Positions 19,657-31,443 are shown, counted from the first letter of the stretch. The stretch: 64,000 nucleotides of DNA from Savitreella phatthalungensis (GCA_051599415.1 AP039714.1:1-64000), one strand, 5' to 3'. The notes: generated from the sequence alone by a model not told the origin. Program-made: numbers and translations.

Positions 19657-21357
19657 ATGGATCTCGAAAAGCAGGAACATCTCGACGTCTTTTCGTGGAA
19701 GGAGTTGTCTGTCACGGTCAAACACAGACAAACAGGGAAACAAATTGCACTTATCGACAATGTCAGTGGACAGGTCCCCGCAGGAACGATGTTGGCTCTG
19801 ATGGGCCCATCTGGCAGTGGTAAAACTACGCTTCTTAACAGGCTGGCTCATCGTAAGGGAGTCCCCGGCGCTCAAGAGATCGGGCGATGCTTCGTTGATG
19901 GAGCACTTGTTGATCGCTCCGGCATGCGGTCGATATCCAACTTTGTCGAACAGGAAGATGCATTTATCGGCTGTCTGACTGTCGAAGAGACGCTGCGTTT
20001 CAGTGCACGTTTTGCCAAAGCTAGCGAGGAAGATGTCCACGAGTTATTGTCCTCATTCGGGCTCGACTCAACCAAAACAACTATGGTTGGCTCGCCATTT
20101 CGCAAGGGAGTCTCTGGTGGGCAGAAACGCCGGTTGGGAGTCGCCTGTCAGCTTGTCGGGCGACCGAGGATCCTTTTCCTTGACGAACCGACTAGCGGAC
20201 TCGATTCGACAGCAAGCTACGAGGTGATGCGGCACGTTCAGGAGGTGGCGCGACGACATCAACTCATTGTCATCGCGTCAATACACCAACCTTCGACAAA
20301 AACCTTCGCCTTGTTCGACAATCTTGTCGTGCTTTCGCGGGGACGCACTGCATACGCCGGCCCGGTGTCTGAATTACGCGACTATCTCAGCTCGATCGGC
20401 CATCCAGTGCCGGACTACACCAACGCAGCGGAGCACGTGATCGAGCTGGTCAACGGAGACTTCTCGGAGGCTGCCGATGATGTTATTGCACATTGGTCCA
20501 ATCACAGGAGACGGACGATAGCAGACAATAAAGACTGCAAATACAATGCGCCACAACGAGCTCGCGTCTCGACCTTGTCAGCCATAGGGATCCTGCTTCA
20601 TCGCTCTTATCTCAAGGCGTATCGAGACATCGTCGCCTACTGGATTCGGTTGGTGATGTATGGCATGCTTGCCGTGCTGATGGGAACAGTCTGGCTGCGG
20701 TTACCTTCCAAGAATGCGTCATCAGTACAGCCTATCATCAATGCTCTGTTCTTCGGAGGCGCCTTCATGAGCTTTATGGCTGTTGCCTACGTGCCCGCGG
20801 TGGTGGAAGATTTGCAGAATTTGCGCAAAGAGCGAGCCAATGGATTTTACGGGCCACTATCGTTCATGATCAGCAACTTCATCATTGGCCTGCCGTTCCT
20901 TTTCGCAATCGTGTTCCTCTTTTCGATCATAAGCTACTGGCTGATAGGTATGCGGCCACAGGGATTCGGCCACTTCTTGCTCTGGCTATATCTCGACCTT
21001 CTAGCAGCAGAGTCTATGGTCGTTGCTATCTCAGCGATCTTTCCCATCTTTGTTGTCGCCCTTACACTGACCGCGTTCGCAAACGGCCTCTGGATGGCAG
21101 TCTCCGGCTTTTTGGTCCCGCTGCCTCAGCTCAACGTCTTCTACAGGTACGCTCTGCATTATATCGACTATCAGGCCTATGTTTTTGAAGGGATGATGCA
21201 CAACGAATTCCAATCCGGCTATCACCCAGGTGATGCCGCTGTGCTTTCAAGATACGGTATCACAAATTCTGACGCCCTGCGCATCGGTGTGCTTTTTGCT
21301 ATCATTGCTGCATATCGTCTGATCGCATACAGCGTTCTGCGCGTTCGTTCGGAGTAG
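19657..21357 (+). CDS. ABCG (White-family) half transporter
   Basis: Walker A GPSGSGKTT, signature VSGGQKRR, Walker B LFLDEPTSGLD and SIHQP, followed by six TM segments. Confidence 0.95.
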   Translation: MDLEKQEHLDVFSWKELSVTVKHRQTGKQIALIDNVSGQVPAGTMLALMGPSGSGKTTLLNRLAHRKGVPGAQEIGRCFVDGALVDRSGMRSISNFVEQEDAFIGCLTVEETLRFSARFAKASEEDVHELLSSFGLDSTKTTMVGSPFRKGVSGGQKRRLGVACQLVGRPRILFLDEPTSGLDSTASYEVMRHVQEVARRHQLIVIASIHQPSTKTFALFDNLVVLSRGRTAYAGPVSELRDYLSSIGHPVPDYTNAAEHVIELVNGDFSEAADDVIAHWSNHRRRTIADNKDCKYNAPQRARVSTLSAIGILLHRSYLKAYRDIVAYWIRLVMYGMLAVLMGTVWLRLPSKNASSVQPIINALFFGGAFMSFMAVAYVPAVVEDLQNLRKERANGFYGPLSFMISNFIIGLPFLFAIVFLFSIISYWLIGMRPQGFGHFLLWLYLDLLAAESMVVAISAIFPIFVVALTLTAFANGLWMAVSGFLVPLPQLNVFYRYALHYIDYQAYVFEGMMHNEFQSGYHPGDAAVLSRYGITNSDALRIGVLFAIIAAYRLIAYSVLRVRSE

Positions 21358-21708
21358 ATATCTACGCCATCACGCGATCCTTCATCATTTCTCTCGAAGA
21401 CCATTGTTACGTAGCTCTACAGGGAGCTTGATTCATATTGTTCACCCGTGGCAAAATGTTCAATAGTGCGCAACATTGCCATGCATCTTCGCTGCCATCA
21501 AGGATTCAGTTGCGCACGTACGCGGCGCTTTTGTGGCGGTGGCTCGTGCCAAATTCAATTTGCATTGATCCAGTTGCTAATCTTGTGCCCGTGCTCCCAG
21601 CAGTTCCGATAATGGACCCCGGCGTGCATGGACATCGTCCGAAGCACACGGCAGGATTGATTACTTGTGAATGCGCGACAGGAACGCGACACAGATCGTG
21701 CTGACAAG

Positions 21709-22273
21709 ATGGCGGACTTTGAGTATGGACTGTCAATTGTGCGATATTCGTGGCGCTGACAACTGTGCAGATCCCTGGGCAAGCAATTTTGCGAGTTCTA
21801 CTACAAGACCTTCGATGAGAATCGAGCGCAGCTGGCGCCGCTCTACGTAAGGACACGCCGATCTATACGGCAGCAGGCGAGCTGACTTCGAAAAGCGTGA
21901 ACACTCGATGTTAACGTTCGAGGGCAATCAGTTACAGGGCGTTCACAAAATCGTGGAGAAGCTACAAAGCCTGCCGTTTCAGAAAGTGCAGCATCGTATT
22001 AGCACACTGGACGCCCATCCCTCGAGTGTCTCTGGCGACGCTGTCCTAGTGATGGTGACTGGAGAATTAGTGGTACGCTAGTCGCGAGGACGTGCAATCT
22101 TCATGTACTGACTCTAGTCAGGTTGACGAGGAGCAGCAGACGATGCGCTACAGTCAAGTCTTCAACCTTCTACAAGATGGCGGCAACTACTACGTGCTGA
22201 ATGGTATGTTCAAAGAGTCGCTCAGAAGCACAAGCTGACCTGTACAGACATCTTCAGGCTGAACTATGGATAG
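21709..22273 (+). CDS. NTF2: Nuclear transport factor 2 (5 exons, 124 aa)
   Basis: Exons 21709-21722, 21771-21846, 21896-22072, 22122-22203 and 22248-22273, with GT..CTGAC..AG introns. They splice to [40 protein letters not shown]...[13 protein letters not shown]. Confidence 0.96.
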
Positions 22274-22446
22274 ACAGGCTGTTCAGATTAGAAATTCGAG
22301 CACGTGCAAAATTCGGCGACACCCCCCAAGTGATCGTCGGCCAGCGCACAAATACGCATGATGTCACGTCGGCTTCGAATGTTGCGAGTGCGAGTGATAT
22401 CCTGAATAGCAGTTCACACTAGTAAAACACAAATCAACAAGCCGCG

Positions 22447-23025
22447 ATGACTGAAATCAAAGAAGGTGACAAGGCTCACGCTCAGTGGGGTGGTGGTGCA
22501 GTCGGTGGCACCGTGGTAGAGAAGAAAGAGGACGGCCCACTGGAAATTGAGACAGCCGGTAAGAAGGTTCACAAAGTCGGTGAGCCGGGGAACGCTGCCC
22601 TACACCTGAAGCGCTCTGGCAACGATGTCGTGAAGAAGGAGTCCGAGCTGAAGAAAGACGCTGACGGAGGCAAGTCACCAAAGTCTCCGAAGAAGGCAGA
22701 CAAGGAAAAGAAGGAGGACTCAAAGGAGAAGCCCGATAAGTCGGAGAAGAAACAAGAGAAAGCTGAAAAGTCAGACAAGGAGGAAGGCAAAGCTGATAAG
22801 ACAGATGGGAAGGACGAAAAGGGTGATAGTAAGGGCAAGGCCGAAAGCAAGTCTGAACAGAAGGATCAGGCGTCCAACGGCGACAAGCGCAAAGGTAATG
22901 GCCAACAAGGAGCGCCGGCAGCCAAATCGCAGAAGACCGAGGACTCCAAACCACGCAAAGCGCCTCGAGATGTGCCGAGCACGGACAGGAAGACGCGATC
23001 ATCAAGCTCATCATCGAAGAAGTAG
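22447..23025 (+). CDS. Hva1 TUDOR (DUF2945) domain protein with Lys/Glu-rich tail
   Basis: EIKEGDK...WGGG...GTV.E...G...NAALHLKRSGNDVVKKESEL pattern, followed by a charged low-complexity tail. Confidence 0.8.
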   Translation: MTEIKEGDKAHAQWGGGAVGGTVVEKKEDGPLEIETAGKKVHKVGEPGNAALHLKRSGNDVVKKESELKKDADGGKSPKSPKKADKEKKEDSKEKPDKSEKKQEKAEKSDKEEGKADKTDGKDEKGDSKGKAESKSEQKDQASNGDKRKGNGQQGAPAAKSQKTEDSKPRKAPRDVPSTDRKTRSSSSSSKK

Positions 23026-23105
23026 TATTTGTACCTAGTTGCAATCTAGCCGAGGGCAGGTCATTAAGTCATAAGAGGAAAAGAAAGAGTCATAGCACAT
23101 GTCAG

Positions 23106-24173
23106 CTAGTGAGTGTACTGCGAGAAGTCATCATCCTCATGGATGAAGGACGAGACGCCAGAAAAGCCGTCAAACATGTCAGCCGATGTCGGGATCGAGA
23201 GATCAATGTGACCTGATGCCGCCGCAACAGCTGCAGCTGCTGCAACCTCGGCCATCGGCGGTGTAGTAATGCCAGACAGATCGTCATACGAGTCAGATTG
23301 GGACAGACGCTTCTTCTCCATCGCCCGGTAGTTGCGACCCTTTTTGAAGTGCGTCTTCTCATGGGCCTTCAGATTGTCAGATCGGCTGAAATGTCTCCCG
23401 CATCCTTCGTAGGAGCAAGTGTACGGCTTCTCAAGTGTATGGGATCGCTCGTGGCGCTTGACATGTTCAAGACGCTTGAACCTGCGGTGACATTTTGGGC
23501 AAACGTGAGCCTTGTCCATGCTGCTGACAATCAGGGGCAGGACGTCCCCATTGGCTCCAACGAGGGTGTTGATACCAATTTCACTGAGCGGTGATGACAG
23601 CTGATGCTGCATCGGTGTGCCAACTGCGGAATGGAGCGCTGAATTTGCAGCAGACTGTGAAAGAGAATGCGCTTGATTGAGATCGTGGTACTCGAGTGGA
23701 ACGGCATCGTAATATGGCATGTTTGCCCATGCTGTCAGCTGCGAGACCTCCTCATCGATGCTGCTCACACTGCCCATATGCGTATGTCTTCGCATCATTT
23801 TGGTTGCTGCGCTGGTCGCAGACCCGGGGAAATAAGGGTGAAAAGATGAACTCGCGCTGCCAGCAGTAGAAGAACGAGGGCGTCCGCTCGATGATTGTGT
23901 GCGGTGAATGGCCTCGGGCGCGATAAACTCAGCAGCCATTGGCGTGACCGGCCAGCTATCGATCGATGAGGCAAAGCTGGAGGTAGAATCCCGCCTAGTC
24001 ATGGCCACTGGCGTGAAATGCTGGGGAGTGAATGGATAATCCCCCGTGGCATAGTGCAGCGCCGGCGAGGATATCGTCCGAGTCAACGGCGTTCGCAGCT
24101 TCTTGACTGGCGTCGTCAGGCTGTCAATCTGCTTCACAGGTGTCGAGGCCACCGAGCCATAGTAATAGCTCAT
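23106..24173 (-). CDS. C2H2 zinc-finger transcription factor (two fingers)
   Basis: [50 protein letters not shown]. Confidence 0.93.
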   Translation of the reverse strand: MSYYYGSVASTPVKQIDSLTTPVKKLRTPLTRTISSPALHYATGDYPFTPQHFTPVAMTRRDSTSSFASSIDSWPVTPMAAEFIAPEAIHRTQSSSGRPRSSTAGSASSSFHPYFPGSATSAATKMMRRHTHMGSVSSIDEEVSQLTAWANMPYYDAVPLEYHDLNQAHSLSQSAANSALHSAVGTPMQHQLSSPLSEIGINTLVGANGDVLPLIVSSMDKAHVCPKCHRRFKRLEHVKRHERSHTLEKPYTCSYEGCGRHFSRSDNLKAHEKTHFKKGRNYRAMEKKRLSQSDSYDDLSGITTPPMAEVAAAAAVAAASGHIDLSIPTSADMFDGFSGVSSFIHEDDDFSQYTH

Positions 24174-24816
24174 GCTGAAACGAACGTCTTGGGCTGTCGT
24201 CGAGGAAGCTGTCTTGAAGACCGTTGACGGACCCCCTCGGGATTATAAGCAGCATCCGTTCCAGCTTTTCGCGTCGCACCGTTGACGTGAAGCGAAGGCA
24301 AGGGGTCAGCGATGCCAAGATCAACCGCGACTGTGATTGGGTGGTTGCAGTGGCCCTTGCATCGGAACGGCCCACGCCGGTGCAGCGCGCGTTGAAGGCC
24401 TGGCCTTCGTGATTTGGTGTAATTTCGCGTTACCCCTCTCTTGCGTTGGAATGCTGCTACAAGTACGCGTCTACCTGTATCAGATTGACTGCACACTTCT
24501 GATCGATTATATCATCGAGGCTAGCAAGTAAGGAAAAATAAGTTGGCCTTGGGAAGATCATCGGTATCAGAAAGCAAAGAAAATAAATGTGGATGGACCA
24601 GCCGGGCAGGACACTAACTGCAGCCTACCATATGACATAGACGGCACTTGCGTTAGATTGTCGGAAGTAAGATGAAAGAAGCATATGAAATATTGTAGCT
24701 GCATATTGCTGTGCCGGAGCAGCTTCGAAAAGAAGAACAATAACTATACTATACCTTGCTGGCTGTCTTACATTCATGCATGGACTCGCGCGAGTGTGCC
24801 AGCAGATCCTGATAGA

Positions 24817-26643
24817 TTATAGCCGAGCGCTGGACTGCAGCTGTTCAGCTTTGGCATGGTGCTGACGCTGCTCCTCAGTCTGGAGCCCGTAAACGATGCA
24901 TCGATCAAGCTGCGCATCATGCCCATCAAGCTGAGCACGGTGAACACGTGTGGATAACCAACGGCGTGCAACGTCTAGGAGAAGTCCGTCTTTGAGCTCT
25001 CGAGCCGCAGCAAGCAGCAGCGAGCCCGAGAGCAAGGTTTCCAGCTCGCGTAACAGCCATCTTCCCAAGACCAGCCGGGCTTGTACCTCCGTGGCAGCTT
25101 CGACGCGTGCGCGTGTCTGTAGCCATTGGTCGCGCAGAAGACGCGCGAGATCACCGTCATCGAGCAGTCCTTCAAAGACGCGGTCGAGAACGTCCAATGC
25201 TTTTGCACCTCGCAATGCACGAACAAGATCCTCTGCCATGACTGTACTTGTGCCTTCCCAAATGCAATTGACGGCAGAGTCGCGGAAAGCTCGGGCGAGA
25301 TTGAAGACACCGGCATCCTCGACATTCTCGCAATAACCCACACCGCCAAGTGATTCCATGCATTCCCGCAGACCCAAACAACCCGCGAGACTGCATTGTG
25401 ATTTGATCACCGGTGTAATGATGCGCAATATAGCGCCTGCTTCTGCACCCTCGAGCCATGGAGCTGTTGGTTCAGCACCTTCTGCAACGCCCATGAGCGC
25501 GCATCCGTAGAAAGCGAGATGTGCTGCGGCCTGATATTTGACAACCTCCTCTGCCAGCCAAGCCAGATGCTGCGGATTGTCTGCGAGCAGGCGGCCTCGA
25601 ACTTTCCTGACTCGCGCATATGCCCTTGCAACCGTGAGTCCATGAGCTAGACCCGAGACACCGCCAGCGCCAGTCCACAAGCGCGTCGTGTTAAGGACAG
25701 TCGAAATTGCTTTGACGCCACGACGCTCAGATCCAAGCATCCAGCCGCGCATTCCCTTGAGCTCTAGTTCAGCAGTTGGCAAAGACTTGGTCCCCAGCTT
25801 GTTCTTCAAACGCGAGATCCGGACACCATTGGTGACGACTAAATCTGCTTCACGACGACGAAGGGGCGCGCAAAACAGGGAGAGCCCAAGCTCTGTCTGT
25901 GCAAGCAGCACTACCATGTCGGAGTCGGTGGCACTCGAAAACCACTTGAACCCGTCGATCGACCATGGGCCAAGCGGAAGGCCAGCCGCATCAACACCGC
26001 CGTCCGACACTCGCACCGCCCTGGTCTCTGTGCCAGACACGTCGGAACCGCCAGTCCGTTCGGTCATCCATTGACCACTTGTCCAAGCTTGTTCCGGGTC
26101 AGACGAAGTGAGACGCCTGTAAGCCTCCCGCAAGAACTCGCCACGCCCTGGCTGATCGTCATCGTCATCTCGAAGATATTGACCGATAAGGAGCGCAGCA
26201 CCGTCAGTCATTGCAGCCGGACACGAAGTCATCCCCGATGACGGAGTCCAGAGATGATTGACGAGAAACTGTTCAAGCCGATGATTGACACCTGCTTGCC
26301 TCGGCCGGTAGGCACGCGACACAGAGCCCAGCGCAATACCTGTGTTCTTCAGATGCGACCAAGAAGCCGTAGTGTGGAGTGCGTCAACGCGATTCTCCTG
26401 GCCAAAGACTGTCATTTGTCGAAGGATCGGCGGATACAGCTCGGCGTCGACATTGTGTTGCCGGATAATTCGGGACCCGGCCACCTTAGTTACGTGAGCG
26501 AGATCGGCGGAGAGCTTCTCGCGATGCCCAGGCGCAAAGTAGAGGCGAAGCATCTGACCCACAACTGGATCTTCCGAAGTGGATCCATGACGAGGGACGA
26601 GCACAGGCGTCTGTTGGAAGAAGCCGGTCGTAGCCGAAGACAT
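24817..26643 (-). CDS. Acyl-CoA dehydrogenase, AidB-like
   Basis: CPAAMTDGAA, GQWMTERTGGSDV, GFKWFSS, RLKNKLGT, ECMESLGGVGY and IWEGT. Confidence 0.93.
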   Translation of the reverse strand: MSSATTGFFQQTPVLVPRHGSTSEDPVVGQMLRLYFAPGHREKLSADLAHVTKVAGSRIIRQHNVDAELYPPILRQMTVFGQENRVDALHTTASWSHLKNTGIALGSVSRAYRPRQAGVNHRLEQFLVNHLWTPSSGMTSCPAAMTDGAALLIGQYLRDDDDDQPGRGEFLREAYRRLTSSDPEQAWTSGQWMTERTGGSDVSGTETRAVRVSDGGVDAAGLPLGPWSIDGFKWFSSATDSDMVVLLAQTELGLSLFCAPLRRREADLVVTNGVRISRLKNKLGTKSLPTAELELKGMRGWMLGSERRGVKAISTVLNTTRLWTGAGGVSGLAHGLTVARAYARVRKVRGRLLADNPQHLAWLAEEVVKYQAAAHLAFYGCALMGVAEGAEPTAPWLEGAEAGAILRIITPVIKSQCSLAGCLGLRECMESLGGVGYCENVEDAGVFNLARAFRDSAVNCIWEGTSTVMAEDLVRALRGAKALDVLDRVFEGLLDDGDLARLLRDQWLQTRARVEAATEVQARLVLGRWLLRELETLLSGSLLLAAARELKDGLLLDVARRWLSTRVHRAQLDGHDAQLDRCIVYGLQTEEQRQHHAKAEQLQSSARL

Positions 26644-26778
26644 GAATGCTATTCTGAATCATCTTCACGCTGGTACTAACATACTTATTTTATACTGTAC
26701 TAAGCGATCTCATCTTGCGGGGTAGAAAATATGGGGTATTTTTTATCTACAAGTAAATGGACGATCGTTCTGGCTGGG

Positions 26779-27576
26779 CTATGCATCTAGGAGGGATTCG
26801 AGCTCGCCGAGGGTAACAAGTTCTGGTGAATCAATGAATCTGACTTGTCTTCTCGGGACTTCTTCCTCCTGCTCCTCAACTGATTCGCGCGGTGAAATGA
26901 ATGGTGAGGGCGGAAGAGCGATGTTGACGAGTTCGCGCTTGGACTGCTTGAAATCTTTGAGCTCGAGTGCCGGGGATCCAGGATTTGAAGCTGCCGGAGT
27001 GTGAGCATGGGGCACTGGCAAAGTATCGTCGAGTTCAGGCGACGGAGACATCACGCGTTCGCGAAGGCCCAAGGGTCCGGCAAACGGACCTTGACCATAA
27101 TTTGATAATCTGCCGGCTGTATTGTGATTGTCGTGGCCGAATTCATAGTCATCGGGGTCATTCTCTCCACAATTGTCCTGAGAATCTATCTCCTCGTCAT
27201 CTTGTACGGCGCAACTGGTTGACTTGGCTTCGGCGGTGGCTGTCTTCAGCCGGTACAGGGTTTTCCGAGGAAATCTTGAGTCTGCGATCTTGTCGACGAT
27301 ACATTTAGGACCCTGACGCTTGATATGCGACTTGATGGCCGCATCGACCAGCGTCGACGGTGTGGGGCTGCCGAGGAGCTTTCCCTCGGCGACCATGCCC
27401 TCAGAGATCTGACGGGAACATATTCCTGCCGCGGTCTTTGTGCGGGCCAGGTAATCGATTACACCGAGCATGACAGCATCCTCACGCTCCTCTGCAGGGC
27501 TCGCGGGAGGCGTATAAACATCGTCACTGAGCTTGACGCGCTTACGCCTGGTATTGTACAGGCTGTTGACTGCCAT
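26779..27576 (-). CDS. GDS1-like winged-helix protein (start uncertain)
   Basis: Helical domain RQISEGM...PSTLVDAAIKSHIKR, an R.MSPSPELD motif and C-terminal SPELVTLGELESLL, as in fungal Gds1-like proteins. Alternative ATG at 27597. Confidence 0.6.
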   Translation of the reverse strand: MAVNSLYNTRRKRVKLSDDVYTPPASPAEEREDAVMLGVIDYLARTKTAAGICSRQISEGMVAEGKLLGSPTPSTLVDAAIKSHIKRQGPKCIVDKIADSRFPRKTLYRLKTATAEAKSTSCAVQDDEEIDSQDNCGENDPDDYEFGHDNHNTAGRLSNYGQGPFAGPLGLRERVMSPSPELDDTLPVPHAHTPAASNPGSPALELKDFKQSKRELVNIALPPSPFISPRESVEEQEEEVPRRQVRFIDSPELVTLGELESLLDA

Positions 27577-28311
27577 GTCAACGCATGTCTTCGACATCTC
27601 TTCGCACCTTGAGCTTTCATGACGAAAGCAGTCTCTGACAAAGGTCGAAATTCCGCACGCGCGCGACACAGCTCAGATTGGAAAAAATTGACACATGCTT
27701 CTATCCTCTGGCTGTACCTATCTACTAAATTTAGTTTGGCGGGCTGCTGGAAATATTGATTGCCAGACCAATTTGCTATGGGACACGTAGCTCTTGCGCT
27801 CTATCAGGAATCGCTGGCGAGACTGATTTTCTAAGGGGCATCGGTCTGCGAGCAAACTGAGCTGCCTTTCCGGCTTCCTTCATGCCCAGCGTCCTTCGTT
27901 GGGTACTTGCTGAATTACGATGATATAAATTATATTCGTACAGTCTGTATGTATTCTGACTTTGAGCTTGAGGTTGTTATCGCTGACGCGCTCGATTTCT
28001 ATTCCAGCTCATGCCAGTGACCCGTGTCAGCTTGAATTTCTTCAGTTGGCCCGTGGACAGCGCAAGCACAGTTTGCCCGCCAACTCAGAATCACGGTCGA
28101 CGTGTATGCATCCGTCAATCGAGATCGTCGCCCAATATGTGCATCGAGCCAAGGACGACGGATTGAATGGAGGATCGATCACGAGAGTAGATAGACAGGA
28201 GTCGGCTCTTACTCTCCCTTGAATCGCCCGGATCGCCAAGAGGCCGAAATTCTCGTTTGATACTTGCATTGCAGCTGTATATACCATGTGCTTAAATCCG
28301 AATTGTTTGAG

Positions 28312-30204
28312 CTAATCTGCAGCTCCAGTCGCAGCTCGCTCCTTTTCGAGATCGTCCACTTCCTCGCTAAGCGCCTCAAGTGAAGTTTGAATGTGTACTT
28401 TGAATTGGATCACTTCGTTCAAAGCGGTTACCACGTCGCGCGTCATCGCATCTCGCGCCGCTGCGCAGTCGTGGTGCAGCTGCTCATATTCCATGCTTGT
28501 GCTCTGCAGCTTCTGGTCGAGTTGGATCAGTCCGTTCTGCGCAGAAATTCGCATCGTGGCCAGGTCGCGCTCGAGTGTTTCTGCCTGTGCATTAGCAGCC
28601 GAGGTCTCTGCGGTAGTCGTGACTCGGACCTCATCAAATTGCTCGATGGTCGCGTCCAATTTAGCGTCTAGACCCTCGAGTTCCTCCTTCTTGTCGTTCA
28701 GAGCTTCGATCGCCTGGTCGAGCAGCTCGCCGAGCTGAATCTGGTTGTCCTGATGTTCATGCACCTGTGCACCGAGCTCTTCCCGTAGTTTTGCAAGACC
28801 GTTCTTGACGTCGTGCCGTAGATTTATTCGCACAAGCTGATCTGGTCGGGATGCAAGCCACGTACGGCCATGTTCAACAGGGTTGACAAAGTCTATCTCA
28901 TACTCAATGCCACCGGCATTAGGTCCGGTGCGAGGAATTACGCCGATCTTATAGCCGAGTGCATTGTAGTTGCCGATGGTGCGCTCGAGCGTGTCGAGAG
29001 CCGCTTGCGCAGCACGCTCTTGTTCGAAAAGCTGGTTCGAGATGTCTTGCGATTGTTGCGATGCTGTGTCGAGGTTCTTGATCAAGTTCTCATGCTCCGA
29101 TGTCATCTTCTCAACATCTGCGGCGGAAATGTCCTGCGCGTCTACCTGTGATTGGAGGTCTGTTTTGCGAGAGGCAAGCTCATCGAGTTCTGCCTCTGCC
29201 TCGCGCAGCTGTTCCCGTATTTTCTCATTTACGACCACAAGCTTTTCGCGCTTGGCATCAAGTCGGGCAATATAGTCGCGGAATTTTGCCTTGTCAGATT
29301 GGAGGACCTGGTACTCACGTTCCAAGGAGCGCAGTGGTGGCTGGCTGTCCCTCAGCGCTTGGAGCTCGCGCTCGAGCCGATCGTTCACGTCACCTAGACG
29401 CTCGATTTCTGCAAGCATCGCCTCGTTCTGTCGGTCACTTTCTGCTTCCAAGTCCCGCTCTGCCAGGCCAAAGTCATCGGACCCCGCCAGGAACAATTGG
29501 TAAGCACGGGTAAGATAGTGGTCGAAGTATGTCTTGTCCGGATTCTGAAGTGGAGGGGCAGTAAGTGCTGCAGTCATGTCGAGCGTCTCACACATCCAGC
29601 TGAGCATCGCCAACATGTTTGGCCATGAGTGTGGTGATCCGACTGCTGATAGTTGCGATCTCGGAATCGACTCTGCAAAGGGATAGCGTAGTGCTTTTAT
29701 GCAGGCTAGCACGTCTTCGTCGAGCTTGCGCACAAATTGGAAATTTGGATCGAACTCGTGATATAGGTGCTGGAAGATGGCGACGAATTCTTTCTGCGTC
29801 GGCGTCGTGAGAGTCTTTGTCGTGGCCTGGCCAGCGTATCCCGTATCATTCAGATGACGAATGATCGTCTGCATGCATGCCTCTTTGAAAGCCTTTTCTC
29901 GCACAGGGCGCGGATCCTTGCTAGGCGCCTGCATCGCGTTTTGCGAGAGGACCCCAAATCCTGGTCCGCCCATCGAGGAGTGACGATGTCCGGAGTAGAG
30001 TGACGATCGACGACCACCGTTGCCCGGGACCATGCCGCCCAGAATTGGAGGGGCCGGCCGGTCGGTGCCATGGCCAAGCGATGACTGTCGCCGATGCTGT
30101 GCAACGACAGATGGTCTGCTTGGCTTCCTCGCACTCGGTTGAGGAATAGCAGAGACTTGATTCGGCTCAATTTGGCTCAGAGTACGGCGCTTTACAGAAT
30201 CCAT
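28312..30204 (-). CDS. NDC80: Kinetochore protein Ndc80/Hec1
   Basis: KDPRPVREK, PTQKEF..IF, LRYPF and SAVGSPHSWPNMLAMLSW (HEC1 CH domain), followed by a long coiled coil. Confidence 0.96.
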   Translation of the reverse strand: MDSVKRRTLSQIEPNQVSAIPQPSARKPSRPSVVAQHRRQSSLGHGTDRPAPPILGGMVPGNGGRRSSLYSGHRHSSMGGPGFGVLSQNAMQAPSKDPRPVREKAFKEACMQTIIRHLNDTGYAGQATTKTLTTPTQKEFVAIFQHLYHEFDPNFQFVRKLDEDVLACIKALRYPFAESIPRSQLSAVGSPHSWPNMLAMLSWMCETLDMTAALTAPPLQNPDKTYFDHYLTRAYQLFLAGSDDFGLAERDLEAESDRQNEAMLAEIERLGDVNDRLERELQALRDSQPPLRSLEREYQVLQSDKAKFRDYIARLDAKREKLVVVNEKIREQLREAEAELDELASRKTDLQSQVDAQDISAADVEKMTSEHENLIKNLDTASQQSQDISNQLFEQERAAQAALDTLERTIGNYNALGYKIGVIPRTGPNAGGIEYEIDFVNPVEHGRTWLASRPDQLVRINLRHDVKNGLAKLREELGAQVHEHQDNQIQLGELLDQAIEALNDKKEELEGLDAKLDATIEQFDEVRVTTTAETSAANAQAETLERDLATMRISAQNGLIQLDQKLQSTSMEYEQLHHDCAAARDAMTRDVVTALNEVIQFKVHIQTSLEALSEEVDDLEKERAATGAAD

Positions 30205-30576
30205 GGTACTGTTGTGTCGCGCGTCTTGCAGTCACGGCTGCGCGATCTTCAAGATCAAAACATGTAAACAACGGGCAACAAATCAAAATAGACGGCCACC
30301 CGGGTGCGCGCCTTCACATGTCCTTCTGGTGATTCGATCGAGGGGGGGAAAATTAGTGAAATGCTTAGCACGAGAATCAATCAAATTTATGGAGCGCAAG
30401 AGATTCTGAAATTTCAATTTGAAAATTCGAGTAAATGTAAACGCTGCTACTCGATCAAGGCAATGTGTTAAGACTAGGGTACTTACTGCATGTGCACGCT
30501 CACGCGAGTCGACGATCGGTACGTATGCATTCAAAGGCGGAGACATGCTAACCCGAGGCCAGAGCTGGAACACACC

Positions 30577-31443
30577 ATGGCTGAAGATTTGCTCACTTCA
30601 GCGGTGCAGTTCCTTCAAGATCCAAAGGTTGCCGATGCACCACTCGCCAAGCGCATCGCCTTTTTGGAGAGTAAAGGCCTCAGCCAGGATCAAGTCCAGA
30701 TCGCTCTTCAGCGTGCACAGGATGCCAAAGTCGGTGTCGCTCCGCCTGTACCGGCTACATCTTACACCTCATACATACCACAGCAGCAATTGAGTCCGCC
30801 TCCACTGCCACAACGAGACTGGAGGGATTGGTTCATCATGGCCGTGGTCAGTGGCGGCTTCTCCTGGGCCTTGTATTTCCTCGCAAAGCGTTACGTTGTT
30901 CCGCTGATCCAGCCCCCAACTCAATCCAAGCTCGAAGAAGATAAGGAGGAGATCGCGAAGCAATTCGACCAGGTGCAGGAGATGCTGAGCATCCTACAAA
31001 CTGACGCTGCAGCGGCAAAGGAATCCGCCCAGAAGCAGCAGGAAAGACTCGACACCGCAATGACAGAGGTGGAGACAGCCGTGAGTGATGCTCGAGAGAA
31101 GTCCGCTCGCAGGGAAACGGACATCCGCAGACTAGGTCTAGAGATTGATCAGATCCGTGAGATGATTCCAAAGGCAATCGAAGGGGTCAAACAGGCCCAG
31201 AATGATTCGCTGAACGATTTGCATAACGAGCTTAAGTCACTCAAGACGCTATTAACAAACCGGCTGAAAGCTCAACCGGCCTCTTTCCAGGCAACACCGC
31301 GCGCTACAGAGGAAACTGCCAAAACAGACCCTTTGTCTCGTCTGACAGCGCCTCGTGGCAACGGTATTCCTGCATGGCAGCTCGCGGCCGGAGAAGACTC
31401 AACGGCTGCTGCTCCTGCCCCTGCGTCGACACCGGCGCCGTAA
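30577..31443 (+). CDS. PEX14: Peroxin 14
   Basis: EDLLTSAVQFLQDPKV..AP..KRIAFLESKGL, RDWRDWFIMA TM segment, coiled coil and IPAWQL. Confidence 0.96.
   Translation: MAEDLLTSAVQFLQDPKVADAPLAKRIAFLESKGLSQDQVQIALQRAQDAKVGVAPPVPATSYTSYIPQQQLSPPPLPQRDWRDWFIMAVVSGGFSWALYFLAKRYVVPLIQPPTQSKLEEDKEEIAKQFDQVQEMLSILQTDAAAAKESAQKQQERLDTAMTEVETAVSDAREKSARRETDIRRLGLEIDQIREMIPKAIEGVKQAQNDSLNDLHNELKSLKTLLTNRLKAQPASFQATPRATEETAKTDPLSRLTAPRGNGIPAWQLAAGEDSTAAAPAPASTPAP

Noticed and set aside
30490..30576. N-terminal extension of PEX14 in the ORF track
   Set aside because: The segment contains an intron-like GTACGT...GCTAAC...CAG (~30519-30562), and homology starts at MAEDLL (30577).
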